64,000 nucleotides of DNA from Acidobacteriota bacterium. GTDB taxonomy: Bacteria; Acidobacteriota; UBA6911; RPQK01; JAJDTT01. The position numbers and the translations under genes were made by a program. Positions 20,778 to 30,175 of the stretch are shown here, one piece after another. The notes beneath the pieces were generated by a model. The model ran no database searches and was not told the origin of the DNA. It saw only the letters and a program-made list of their open reading frames with translations. How positions within the stretch are numbered: the first letter of the stretch is position 1; every line of letters starts with the position of its first letter. The stretch is from the NCBI GenBank assembly GCA_965217775.1, contig CBDCJH010000002.1, positions 3,872,001 through 3,936,000 on the forward strand, given 5' to 3'.

Positions 20778-22208
20778 TCAGGGATCCGGCGAGCGGATTC
20801 CGAACAGCACCTTGGTGCGCGCCTCCAAGCCTTGCGCCAGGGATTCGACCAATCTCAGACCATTCAGGGCTTCGGTCCGGCTGTAGTAGGTGAGAGCGTC
20901 TTGGGCCAGATCCCCTTCTCCGGCCTGCAACAGCGCCAGCGCGATTCCCTCCACCGTGGCCTGCTCGTCAATCAGGCGAGACTCGAAGGCGGTCAAGGCC
21001 TCCATGACCTCCGGCAGGAATTTCGCTTCGTGGGATTTGGCCAGATAGAACAGACGCTTGCAGGCGCGGAACGCGTACCGCGTCGATTCCACCCCCATGT
21101 CCTGGTCCCTGATGTGGCGGGAGTCCTCGCCTGCGGTGAGGTAGCGATGCTTCTTGAACTCGGGCGGCACATCTTGAACGCCGATGCGGTAGGGGACAAA
21201 CGGCGCCGCTACCGGAGGGGCCGGAGCGACCCACAAGGTCCCCAACTCCCGATGGACGCCTTGGCGCAAGTGGGCCACCTGACCGTAACCGGCGGAATCC
21301 CTGGTGAGTTCCGGGGTCCGAACGACCTCGATCATGTCCTTCAGGCCGATCCGGCCTGCCCTGGCCCGCAGGCGGTCCTCGATCATCTGGACTGCCTCGG
21401 CCTTGTGGGCAGACCGTCCATACACCTTTCCCACATGAAAGGGCTCTCCCGATCCGGGGTCGTACCAGCCACGTTCCACGGCGAAGGAAATCAAGTTCCT
21501 GGATCCCATGAAATCCGGATGCTCCCGGTAATTGAGTGGAACCTCATGGATATAGCCGGGACGAGACACCCGAATGTCGTCCGGTCCCAATCGTTCGGCA
21601 ACCCAGAGGCCCTGGCCGCCCGCGAAGTTGATCAGGACCCACCCCTCATCGGCGTCGGCGAAGAGATGGGAGTTGCCTCCGTAGGTGGAAAAACCGTACC
21701 GGTCAATCAGCTCGCCCACGATCTCCACGGCCGCGCGTGCGCTTCGGGCGCGTTCCATCACAATCCTGGACAGGTCGCTGTAGTTTGGCCCGCGCTGCGG
21801 ATTGGGCGTCATCTCCCGCAGCTCGATCCGGGAGCCGGACGACACGTCGCGGGCCGCGACACCGTGTTCGTTCAATCCGCCATTCGTCAGGGGCGCCGGG
21901 AAACCCGCAAAGTAGGAATAGTTCATGGTCAGGTAGCGAAACGTGGTGGGCACCTGCGGAATCTCGATGAGTTCTCCGGGATAACGGGATTCCGGAGTCG
22001 CTCCCACCGTCAGGGTGGAACCGGCAGGATGCTGCCGGCGGGGCACGATCTCCAACCAATGGCTGGAAGGCTCATCGCCGTATCCGGCCAGAAACACACT
22101 GCCGTCCCGGGTCAGGTTCTTCCCCACGTAGATTGCATAGCTGGCCTCGGCGCCAGAGCCGGTGGCGAGGCTGATCATCAAGCTGGTCAGCACGGTACGT
22201 ATTTTCAT
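20778..22208 (-). CDS. Peptidase C69-like (dipeptidase/Ntn hydrolase) exported protein
   Basis: Signal peptide then SYAIYVGKNLT, GGLNEHGVA, ERARSARAAV, FADADEGW. Confidence 0.75.
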   Translation of the reverse strand: MKIRTVLTSLMISLATGSGAEASYAIYVGKNLTRDGSVFLAGYGDEPSSHWLEIVPRRQHPAGSTLTVGATPESRYPGELIEIPQVPTTFRYLTMNYSYFAGFPAPLTNGGLNEHGVAARDVSSGSRIELREMTPNPQRGPNYSDLSRIVMERARSARAAVEIVGELIDRYGFSTYGGNSHLFADADEGWVLINFAGGQGLWVAERLGPDDIRVSRPGYIHEVPLNYREHPDFMGSRNLISFAVERGWYDPGSGEPFHVGKVYGRSAHKAEAVQMIEDRLRARAGRIGLKDMIEVVRTPELTRDSAGYGQVAHLRQGVHRELGTLWVAPAPPVAAPFVPYRIGVQDVPPEFKKHRYLTAGEDSRHIRDQDMGVESTRYAFRACKRLFYLAKSHEAKFLPEVMEALTAFESRLIDEQATVEGIALALLQAGEGDLAQDALTYYSRTEALNGLRLVESLAQGLEARTKVLFGIRSPDP

Positions 22209-22264
22209 GGCGGTGTCCTCATTTTCTTGGCGGCCAGCTCAATCCTGACAGAAAGAGGGGAGAA

Positions 22265-22330
22265 TGCGGGGGTTTGTAACCCTCGATTCCGGGTCGCCGA
22301 TGAAGAGGGGGACAGGAATGTCCCCCCTCC
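22265..22330. repeat. REP-like palindrome pair (REPIN-like)
   Basis: gcgggggtttgtaaccctcg and agggggacaggaatgtcccccctcc (GGAG foot on minus strand); similar pair at 34837-34915. Confidence 0.6.
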
Positions 22331-22414
22331 TGGAGTGCCCCATGTTTCTCCCCGGACTCTGCCGGGGTGCCAGCCGGTGGGGAAACGTCTATCTGATACG
22401 AGCGTCGTCCAAGA

Positions 22415-22828
22415 CTACACGTCCACCCGGACGTGCTTCATGGCCTCGTAGGCCGGAGACGGCTTGCCCTGTACGTGGAGGAAGGGGTATCGGTAGTCCT
22501 CCTCTCCCACCCAGCGGGACTCGCCGGTCATGAAAATCACGGTGTAGGCGCGCCGGGAGCGCGGGCTCCGGTTGGGCTCGCTCCGGTGATAGGTCAGGCA
22601 ATGGTGGAACCCAACGCTTCCTTTGCTCAGCTCCACCGGAATCTCATCCCCCAGACGGCTCAGAGCCTCTTGGGTCAGCTTCCAGGTATTCCCGGGCACG
22701 TCCGTCCGCTCGTGATCGAGCAGGCCCAACTTGTGGCTTCCGGGGATCACGGTGAGGCAACCGTTCTCGCGGGTCGCATCCTCCAACGCGATCCAGGCCG
22801 TCAGCATCCGGTAGGGCTGGAAACTCCA
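22415..22828 (-). pseudogene. Orphan 3' fragment of the PhyH gene at 24221-24982
   Basis: About 408 bp direct repeat of 24227-24634 (offset 1806); no 5' half. Confidence 0.92.
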
Positions 22829-22913
22829 ACGCGCAGCTGATGGTGACTGTCACCTGCTTGCTTGCTGGTGGTTACCCGGTCGCCTTCTATCATGATCACC
22901 CGCTCCCTTCTTT

Positions 22914-24083
22914 TCATGCGTTCTGAAGCAACATCGCCAGCTCGGAGACGCTGATCGCCTCAACGCCTTCGGTGACCGGGAAGCGCTCGTCGCCGGAATG
23001 CGCGACGAACGCATGGGCCGGCCTCAGGTCCGCGCGGGCGTTGTGGAAGCCGCGGTCCAGTCTCGGGGCGCGGCCCCGCTTGATCTCTATCGCCCACAGT
23101 TCGCCGCTCGGCAACTGAAGCGCGAGATCGACCTCGGCGCCGGCGGAAGTGCGGTAAAAACTGGCCGTCGTCCGTTCCGGGGCGGCCGCGAGCAGATTCT
23201 CTATCACATATCCTTCCCAACTGGCGCCGGCCACAGGATGGCCGGCCAGCGCATTGAAATCGCCAATGCCGAGCAGAGCGTGCAGCAGGCCGCTGTCGCG
23301 TATGTAGATCTTCGGCGATTTCACAAGCCTTTTCCCGACATTGGCGCGCAAAGGAGCCAGGCGCCGCACCAGCAGCAAATCGGTCAAGAGTCCGATATAG
23401 CGATTCACGGTTTGCACGCTCACACCCAATGACGAAGCCAGCCGGGAGGCATTCAACAGGCCTCCCTGGCTGTGGGCCAGCATGATCCAAAGGCGTTCCA
23501 GCGTTTCCGCGGGGAGGCGGGGCCCGAACAAGGCGACGTCGCGCTCCAGGTAAGTCCGGATAAAGTCCTTGCGAAGAAGAAAGCTACGCCTTCCGTCAAC
23601 GGCCAGAAAGCTGTCCGGGAAGCCGCCCCGCACCCAGAGCCGGGTGGGCGTGTCACTGCCGCCCGCCACCTCGAGGAGGTGGAACGGCTGCATGTCAATA
23701 TAGGCGATCCGGCCGGCAAGGCTCTCGCTGGACTGGCGCAACAGATCCATCGACGCGGAGCCGAGGATCAGGAATCGTCCGGTCCGTTTTCCTCGCCGCC
23801 GGCCGCTGTCGATGACCCCTCGAAGATCCTGAAACAGTCCGGGAACTCTGTGGATTTCATCGAGAATCACGAGGCGGTTTTCGTAATGGCTCAGGAACAG
23901 CGCCGGGTCGCTCAGCTTTTGCCGATCGGTTCGGTCTTCGAGGTCGAGATATAAGGCTCCGCGCTCTTCGCCGATATCCAGCGCGAGCGTGGTCTTGCCA
24001 GCTTGGCGCGGGCCGATAATGGCCACCGCTGCCTGGTAACCAAGCGCCTCAAGAACGCGGGGCTTGATATGCCGCTCTATCAT
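22914..24083 (-). CDS. AAA+ ATPase with DUF4143 domain (COG1373-like)
   Basis: GPRQAGKT Walker A, VILDEIH Walker B, SESLAGR, KRLVKSPKIYIRDSG, EVDL...AIEIK. Confidence 0.92.
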   Translation of the reverse strand: MIERHIKPRVLEALGYQAAVAIIGPRQAGKTTLALDIGEERGALYLDLEDRTDRQKLSDPALFLSHYENRLVILDEIHRVPGLFQDLRGVIDSGRRRGKRTGRFLILGSASMDLLRQSSESLAGRIAYIDMQPFHLLEVAGGSDTPTRLWVRGGFPDSFLAVDGRRSFLLRKDFIRTYLERDVALFGPRLPAETLERLWIMLAHSQGGLLNASRLASSLGVSVQTVNRYIGLLTDLLLVRRLAPLRANVGKRLVKSPKIYIRDSGLLHALLGIGDFNALAGHPVAGASWEGYVIENLLAAAPERTTASFYRTSAGAEVDLALQLPSGELWAIEIKRGRAPRLDRGFHNARADLRPAHAFVAHSGDERFPVTEGVEAISVSELAMLLQNA

Positions 24084-24122
24084 CCTTGTATATTATCCAT
24101 ATAATGGACAATTAACAAGGAT
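24082..24122. promoter_or_regulatory. AT-rich 19-bp imperfect inverted repeat at the ATPase start (candidate operator)
   Basis: atccttgtatattatccat ata atggacaattaacaaggat; 16 of 19 positions complementary. Confidence 0.55.
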
Positions 24123-24220
24123 AGGATCCACTCCGAGGAAAGAAGCCGTCTATGTATTCCACAGGAACGAGAATGCCTCCGCTCGTGGACGCGTGGGCGG
24201 GTCCGGCACGCGTTCCCGAC

Positions 24221-24982
24221 TTACCCGTCCACCTGGACGTGCTTCATGGCCTCGTAGGCCGGAGATGGCTTCCCCTGAACGTGCAGGAAGGGATACCGGT
24301 AGTCCTCCTCCCCCACCCAGCGGGATTCGCCGGTCATGAAGATCACGGTGTAGGCGCGCCGGGAGCGCGGGCTCCGGTTGAGCTCGCTCCGGTGATAGGT
24401 CAGGCAATGGTGGAATCCCACGCTTCCTTTGCTCAGCTCCACCGGAATCTCATCCCCCAGACGGCTCAGAGCCTCTTCGGTCAGCTTCCAGGTATTCCCG
24501 GGCACGTCCGTCTGCTCGTGATCGAGCAGGCCCAACTTGTGGCTTCCGGGGATCACGGTGAGGCAACCGTTCTCGCGGGTCGCATCCTCCAACGCGATCC
24601 AGGCCGTCAGCATCCGGTAGGGCTGGAAACTCCAGTAGTACATGTCCTGGTGGGGCGGGACCACGCCCCCGTCCAGCGCCGGCTTGGCAAAGAGCCCGTC
24701 GGCGTAGATGTCCAGGTCGGGGCCGAGGATCCGCTCGACGACCGCTGCCAACTTGGGATGCGTGGCCACGGACCGAAAGGCGGACTCGCGGTGGAGCAGC
24801 CCGAAGGCGTTCCGGAGCGCGGAAGGATTGGTCGGCTCCCACTTGAGATCGCCCTCGGGGTAAGGAAGCTCCCTCCTTTCCAGGACATCCACCCGGGCCA
24901 TGAGTTCGTCCATCTCCGCAGGAGTGAAGACGTTGTCCACAGTGACGTAACCGTTCTCGTCAAAGAAGCTCTTGAGGCTCAT
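24221..24982 (-). CDS. Phytanoyl-CoA dioxygenase (PhyH) family protein
   Basis: FFDENGY, PPHQD, TAWIALEDATRENGCL, HCLTYHRS...RRA. Confidence 0.92.
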   Translation of the reverse strand: MSLKSFFDENGYVTVDNVFTPAEMDELMARVDVLERRELPYPEGDLKWEPTNPSALRNAFGLLHRESAFRSVATHPKLAAVVERILGPDLDIYADGLFAKPALDGGVVPPHQDMYYWSFQPYRMLTAWIALEDATRENGCLTVIPGSHKLGLLDHEQTDVPGNTWKLTEEALSRLGDEIPVELSKGSVGFHHCLTYHRSELNRSPRSRRAYTVIFMTGESRWVGEEDYRYPFLHVQGKPSPAYEAMKHVQVDG

Positions 24983-25109
24983 CGATTCTCCCTCTCCGGA
25001 CCTTCCTGCCCAATGCAGCACAACAATATAGACGCAGCTCCCTTCCGGAGCAAAGCCGGGTGTGGTTCTGGCAAGACGGTCGGAGCCGCCGGAAACGGCG
25101 CCATTGTGG

Positions 25110-25892
25110 TCAGCTGGAACTCTTGCCGGCGGCTTTCAGTCCATACAAATTCAGGAGTTCGATGAAGTCCTGACTTTGACGAAATCCGTCGAAAACGCCG
25201 TCCGCCGCCAGCCGTTCCTGGTCCGCGAATCCAGCCGCCAGCGCCCTCCCCAGATACTTCAGGCACTGGGGCTGGTCCCCCATTTCGGCAAAGAGGCGGG
25301 CCAGATTGTAGTTCGTCTCCGAGTCCATTCCCATGGGGTCCGGATAGGTCACGCGGGAGACATTCGTTGTCTTGAAGATTTCCGGGTCCAGGAGCGCGGC
25401 TTGGAGGTAGGCTCGGCGTGACTCCTCGTACCGGCCCCGCATCATCTGGCCGTAACCCAGATTGACGTAGTAGGACGGCTTGGGATCGAGGGCGATGGCC
25501 TTTTCGAAATAGCCGGCCGCCTGCTTGTACTTTCGATTCGAAAGGGCGACGATTCCCAACGTGTTGTAACCCGAGGCGTATCCCGGCTGGAGCCGGATGG
25601 AGCGTTGCGCGGCCTTCCTTCCCTGCCAGTATCGCCCGGTCCGGCAATAAGCGATGGCCAACTTGTTGAAGATGGCTTCGTGATACGGATTCAGCGTCGT
25701 CGCTTCGACGTATTTCAGGACCGCCAGATGGTCCTTTCCCTCTTTCATCATCTCGTCGGCCTCCCCCATGAGGCGGTATGCCGCGATCACTTGCTCCTGT
25801 GGAACCGGCAACTTCTTGATGCGTGAAGTACCGCAACCGAGGAGCGACCCGGTCAAAACGATGATGGCTGCGTCCCGGAATCGTAGGGACAT
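25110..25892 (-). CDS. TPR lipoprotein
   Basis: Lipobox LLGC, TPR units, YNLARLFA. Confidence 0.82.
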   Translation of the reverse strand: MSLRFRDAAIIVLTGSLLGCGTSRIKKLPVPQEQVIAAYRLMGEADEMMKEGKDHLAVLKYVEATTLNPYHEAIFNKLAIAYCRTGRYWQGRKAAQRSIRLQPGYASGYNTLGIVALSNRKYKQAAGYFEKAIALDPKPSYYVNLGYGQMMRGRYEESRRAYLQAALLDPEIFKTTNVSRVTYPDPMGMDSETNYNLARLFAEMGDQPQCLKYLGRALAAGFADQERLAADGVFDGFRQSQDFIELLNLYGLKAAGKSSS

Positions 25893-26057
25893 TGTTCAGT
25901 TGCGTCCGAAACTCCCCGGCGTCTCGGACCTGGGTTCGGAGCGCGAAACTCGGCGACGGGAACCGTATCCTTGTATGCTCCCGATTATATCGAGAAAGTT
26001 CGTTTTCGGGTGCCGGGCTCGAATCCTTGGCGCTTCATGAAAAGGGAGGTCGCAAGT

Positions 26058-27563
26058 ATGACTCTTCACAGGATGTTGGTTGTTCTCATCGGAATCGGCC
26101 TGTCGCTGCAGCCAGGCGCCGGGGCCGGCAAGGAGACGGTCCTTTTCCCGTTCGACGACTACAGCGTTCCCTTCAGCAAGGGCTTGGTGCTCGAACTGAT
26201 CCCGGGCCGGAAGGGCGCGGTCAACAAGGGCACCGGAGCCGATCCCCTGCACCCGAGCAAACCGGTCGTCCCTCCGGGCATGCCGGGAGACCCGGACCAC
26301 CCGCGGGTCTACTACTACGGCACCGTCCTGAAAATCGATGGCGAGTACCGCATGTGGTACACCGGTTGGGACAAGGACAGGAAGAGGCAGGTCCTCTATG
26401 CCGTCTCCCGGGACGGGGTCCGCTGGGACAAGCCGGACCTGGGACTCGTCGAGTACAACGGGAACCGGCAGAACAACCTGGTGCTGTCCGACGGCAAGGG
26501 GCCCATGAAGGGAGCCTTCTGCCTGGTCCTCCACGAGCCGGACGATCCGGACCCCGGACGGCGCTTCAAGATGGTCCGGGAAGAGCATCCGCGAGCCATC
26601 ATGGCAGCCTACAGTCCCGACGGGCTGCACTGGACCGACTCCTCCAACAACCCCATCATCAAGAGCAGCGGCCTGGAGACGGGCGGCCTGATTCGGTTCA
26701 ACGGCTTCTACTATTTGAACGGTCAGGGGGGACCGATCCCCCACCCCGTCCCCAAGGCCCGGAACCGAATCATGGTCACTTTCGTCTCCCACGACTTCGA
26801 CCATTGGAGCGATGCGGCCCATCTCAGCTTCCGGAGGGATCCCATCCCACCGCGTCCTCTCAACGATTTCGAGATCCATCGCGGCGAACAGGTCCACATG
26901 GGGGCCAGCCTCTGGAACCGGGGGAACGTGATCCTCGGCTTCTACGGCCAATACCACAACCAGACCAACGACCGACGCTATTCGACCTGCGACCTGGGCC
27001 TGGTGGTGAGCCACGACGCCATCCATTTCAAGGAGCCGATCCCCGACTTCAAGATCCTGCCCTCCTACGAGGAACCGGACGGGGCGGAACCGCGGCTGAT
27101 CCAGGGGCAGGGGTTCGAGAACATCGGCGACCGGACCTTCTTCTGGTACAGCATCTGGGTCGCGTTCGACCCGGAGGGGCCCACCGGTGTCCGTCTGGCC
27201 ACCTGGGGCCGGGACCGGCTGGGATATTTCGCTGCGGCGCCCCGGACGCAGGGCGCCCATTTCTTCTCTACGCCAATCGAATTGGATTCCCCGCAGACGG
27301 AGATCTACGTCAACGCTTCGGGGTTGTCCGAGACGAGCCAACTCCGGGTCGAGGTCCTGGACGGCCGGCTCCAGCCAATGCCCGGTTATTCGGGAGACGC
27401 TTCGATTCCGCTCCGGAAACCGGGACTGCGGCAACGGGTGGCCTGGAGCGGCAAGGACCAACTGGCAGGAGCGGACGGGCCAATCCGCGTGCGCGTGAAC
27501 TGGGAAGGGATTTATCCGGAAGACGCTCGCCTTTACGCCGTCTATGTGGTGGAGAGCGATTAG
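26058..27563 (+). CDS. Exported beta-propeller glycoside hydrolase-like protein (related to 19151-20632)
   Basis: GGGAGG RBS, signal peptide, YRMWY, YAVSRDGVRWDKPDLG, SPDGLHW, DRLGY. Confidence 0.78.
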   Translation: MTLHRMLVVLIGIGLSLQPGAGAGKETVLFPFDDYSVPFSKGLVLELIPGRKGAVNKGTGADPLHPSKPVVPPGMPGDPDHPRVYYYGTVLKIDGEYRMWYTGWDKDRKRQVLYAVSRDGVRWDKPDLGLVEYNGNRQNNLVLSDGKGPMKGAFCLVLHEPDDPDPGRRFKMVREEHPRAIMAAYSPDGLHWTDSSNNPIIKSSGLETGGLIRFNGFYYLNGQGGPIPHPVPKARNRIMVTFVSHDFDHWSDAAHLSFRRDPIPPRPLNDFEIHRGEQVHMGASLWNRGNVILGFYGQYHNQTNDRRYSTCDLGLVVSHDAIHFKEPIPDFKILPSYEEPDGAEPRLIQGQGFENIGDRTFFWYSIWVAFDPEGPTGVRLATWGRDRLGYFAAAPRTQGAHFFSTPIELDSPQTEIYVNASGLSETSQLRVEVLDGRLQPMPGYSGDASIPLRKPGLRQRVAWSGKDQLAGADGPIRVRVNWEGIYPEDARLYAVYVVESD

Positions 27564-27635
27564 CGGATTCTTATGGGTTCCAGGGAAATCCCTCCCGCAC
27601 TACGAGATCTCTGCCCGACGGGTCCCGGGGCAAAC

Positions 27636-28004
27636 TCATACAGCGATGACCTTTTGGCGGGGAGAATAGCAGTCCGTGGTGAAAGTCCCGCGAGCACCGA
27701 GACCGTTCCTGCGCCCGCCGGACAAGGCGCGATTCGGGTGCATACCGGGAGTATGTGCCCGAATCGCAACGCCGTCCGCCGGGATGCAGGGACGGTCGAA
27801 TGCCGTGATGACTTTTGCCACGGGCTGATAGAGTCGAATCACTTTCGGTCGATCGCGCTTTTCAAAATGACACCGGACAGCATCCGGCATCGCGGCGTAA
27901 AGCTGCGGAAGCGTGCCTGCTTCTGTGAGAATCGAAACCCCCAATGCGCGCGCCGTGAATCCACTCTCTGGCGCCTCTTCGACGACGAATACAATTTCCT
28001 TCAT
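27636..28004 (-). CDS. Small HicB-like protein carrying an in-frame 54-aa MITE insert
   Basis: MKEIVFVVEEAPESGFTARALG...DAVRCHF...PKVIRLY [insert] SPRQKVIAV. Confidence 0.72.
   Translation of the reverse strand: MKEIVFVVEEAPESGFTARALGVSILTEAGTLPQLYAAMPDAVRCHFEKRDRPKVIRLYQPVAKVITAFDRPCIPADGVAIRAHTPGMHPNRALSGGRRNGLGARGTFTTDCYSPRQKVIAV
27670..27827 (+). mobile_element. 158-bp MITE copy, TSD ATAG
   Basis: ATAG at 27666-27669 and 27828-27831. Confidence 0.95.
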
Positions 28005-28039
28005 GGCGAGTTCCCAACATTTCTCACTGCGACGCATGG

Positions 28040-28285
28040 TCAATTGCTCCACGCATCATCGCCCCAAACGAAGTCCTCTTCGGGAGCGGAAAACTCTCCC
28101 GGGGTGGTTGGAAGCCGACGATAACCGGCCCGGTGCCGCTCTTCCAATTCCGCATCGTCGTAGCGGTCCAACGCGGCTTGCAAGGCCTCCCGGGCAAACG
28201 CGGATCGTGTTGCACCGAGCTGCTGAACGCGTTTGTCAATCCGTCCCAAGAGTTCCGTGTCCATCGCAACTTTTATAGTCATCAT
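28040..28285 (-). CDS. Ribbon-helix-helix (CopG/MazE-like) antitoxin
   Basis: MTIKVAMDTELLGRID...TRSAFAREAL...HRAGY...GEF. Confidence 0.75.
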   Translation of the reverse strand: MMTIKVAMDTELLGRIDKRVQQLGATRSAFAREALQAALDRYDDAELEERHRAGYRRLPTTPGEFSAPEEDFVWGDDAWSN

Positions 28286-28542
28286 AGATGTCATTTACCT
28301 GGTTCCTATAGTTATTGCGGACGTGGATGCTCTTTACGATACAACGGTCAAGCTGCGAGTTCGACGTCCAAATATTCTCCCCCGGTGGACTGCCAAGACT
28401 CGACTTACATGGTTGTTTCAGGCATTGTGGCCAGGGTTCATCGGCGTTTTCCTTTTGGCTCCCCGGGATGAAGCCCGGAAACGGAAGATGACGGGCAAAC
28501 CATAGTGCTGAATAGAGTTAGAATCTGCCAGGAAGGACGCCC

Positions 28543-30156
28543 ATGCCCGGAATGATCGTCGCTCCCCAGCCCGTGGCGGTGGAAGAGGGGGCCAAGGTGT
28601 TGATGTCGGGCGGCAACGCCGTAGACGCCGCCGTCACTTGCGCGCTGGTGCAGTCGGTCCTGAGTCCCCACATGTGCGGGGCCGGGGGTTACATCATCCT
28701 GACCCTCCACGTCGCCGGCGATTCGGAGGCCAAGGGACGGGTCCTGGACGCTCCCGCTGTGGCCGGTTCGAAAGTCTCTCCGGCCATGTGGGAAAAGGTG
28801 GTCCTGGGGCCCAACCCCGACGGCTGGGGCTTCTTCCTGAAGGACAAGGTCAACGACCTGGGCTACCAGTCCATCTGCGTCCCCGGAGCGGTCAAGGGAT
28901 TCGCCGCCATGCTGGAGCGCTGGGGAACCCGTTCCTGGCGGACCGTCCTCGGGCCCGCAGCCCGAATCGCCCGGGAGGGGTTCTTGGTGGACAAGAATCT
29001 GGCGGACGGATGGAGGGCGAGGCCGGCCTATCCGGAAGCCTCCTGTCTGATGGACTACGTCCAGGGCAATGCCGAGGCCAGCCGGATCTATCTCAACGAC
29101 CAGGGGCTCCCCCGCGAGGTCGGGGATCGGCTCACCAACCCCGACTACGCCGCGACTCTCGAGCATCTGGCCGAACACGGGCCCGAAGATTTCTATCGGG
29201 GGGAATTGGCGGAAACCATGGCCGCCGACCTCGCGGCCAACGGAAGCTTCGTCACCGCAGGAGACTTGGCGGGTTACCGGCTCCGGGACCCGGAACCGGT
29301 GGTGAGCAGCTATCGAGGATATCGCGTTGTCGGTTCCCAGCCGCCCCACGGGGGACCGACCCTGGCGGCCATCCTCAACATCCTGGAAGACTGGGATCTG
29401 GCCAGCTTGGGACACAACTCCCCGGCCTTTATCGAACGGGTCGCCATGGCCATGAAGGCCGCCTTCGCCGACCGGAGCCTGCAGCTGGCCGATCCGGATT
29501 TCGTGGACGTCCCCCTGGATTGGATGACCTCCAAGGAACGCGCTGCCCAGTGGCGCCGCACCATCGAGGAGGGCGGCGCAATCAATGTGGAACCCATGGC
29601 TCCCGAGCCTCCCGACACCACCCAGGTCAGCGTGGTGGACTCTGACGGAAACTGCGTCTCGCTGACCCACTCACTGGGAGTCTCGTCGGGAGTGATCACG
29701 CCGGGCCTGGGCTTCATGTACAACAACTCCATGATCAACTTTCACCCCCTGGCTGGCCATCCCAACTCCATCGCTCCAGGCAAGGGGCGCACCACGGGCA
29801 TGACTCCGACCCTGGTCTACAAGGGAGATCGTCCGGTGGTGGTGATCGGCGCGCCGGGGGCGACTCGAATCATCACCTCCGTCCTCCAGGTCCTGGTCAA
29901 CATCCTGGATTTCGGGATGAGCGCCAGCGACGCGGTGCTGGCTCCGCGTTTCGACTGCCAGGGAGACCTGATCCGTTGCCAGGCTCGTATCCCCGAATTC
30001 GTTTGCGCCCAGGTCCGCAAAGATCACCCCATCGAGCGGCTGCCCCTGAGTCACGGGGGGATGGGCCTGGTTCACGCCATTGTCATCGATCCCGAGACCG
30101 GACAACTCTCGGGAGGCGCCGACACCGGCAGCGGCGGGATGGCTCTGCTAACCTGA
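28543..30156 (+). CDS. ggt: Gamma-glutamyltransferase family protein
   Basis: GGNAVDAAV, VPGAVKG, FYRGELA, DTTQVSVVD (Ntn threonine), YNNSM, IGAPGA. Confidence 0.92.
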   Translation: MPGMIVAPQPVAVEEGAKVLMSGGNAVDAAVTCALVQSVLSPHMCGAGGYIILTLHVAGDSEAKGRVLDAPAVAGSKVSPAMWEKVVLGPNPDGWGFFLKDKVNDLGYQSICVPGAVKGFAAMLERWGTRSWRTVLGPAARIAREGFLVDKNLADGWRARPAYPEASCLMDYVQGNAEASRIYLNDQGLPREVGDRLTNPDYAATLEHLAEHGPEDFYRGELAETMAADLAANGSFVTAGDLAGYRLRDPEPVVSSYRGYRVVGSQPPHGGPTLAAILNILEDWDLASLGHNSPAFIERVAMAMKAAFADRSLQLADPDFVDVPLDWMTSKERAAQWRRTIEEGGAINVEPMAPEPPDTTQVSVVDSDGNCVSLTHSLGVSSGVITPGLGFMYNNSMINFHPLAGHPNSIAPGKGRTTGMTPTLVYKGDRPVVVIGAPGATRIITSVLQVLVNILDFGMSASDAVLAPRFDCQGDLIRCQARIPEFVCAQVRKDHPIERLPLSHGGMGLVHAIVIDPETGQLSGGADTGSGGMALLT

Positions 30157-30175
30157 GGTCAGGAGGGATTGCTCC

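Noticed and set aside
15149-22451. Long + strand ORFs 15149-17104, 17008-18216 and 20583-22451 (also the antisense ORFs 30083-31648, 45963-47483, 57769-59253)
   Set aside because: Antisense shadows of well-supported genes in high-GC DNA with no recognisable motifs.
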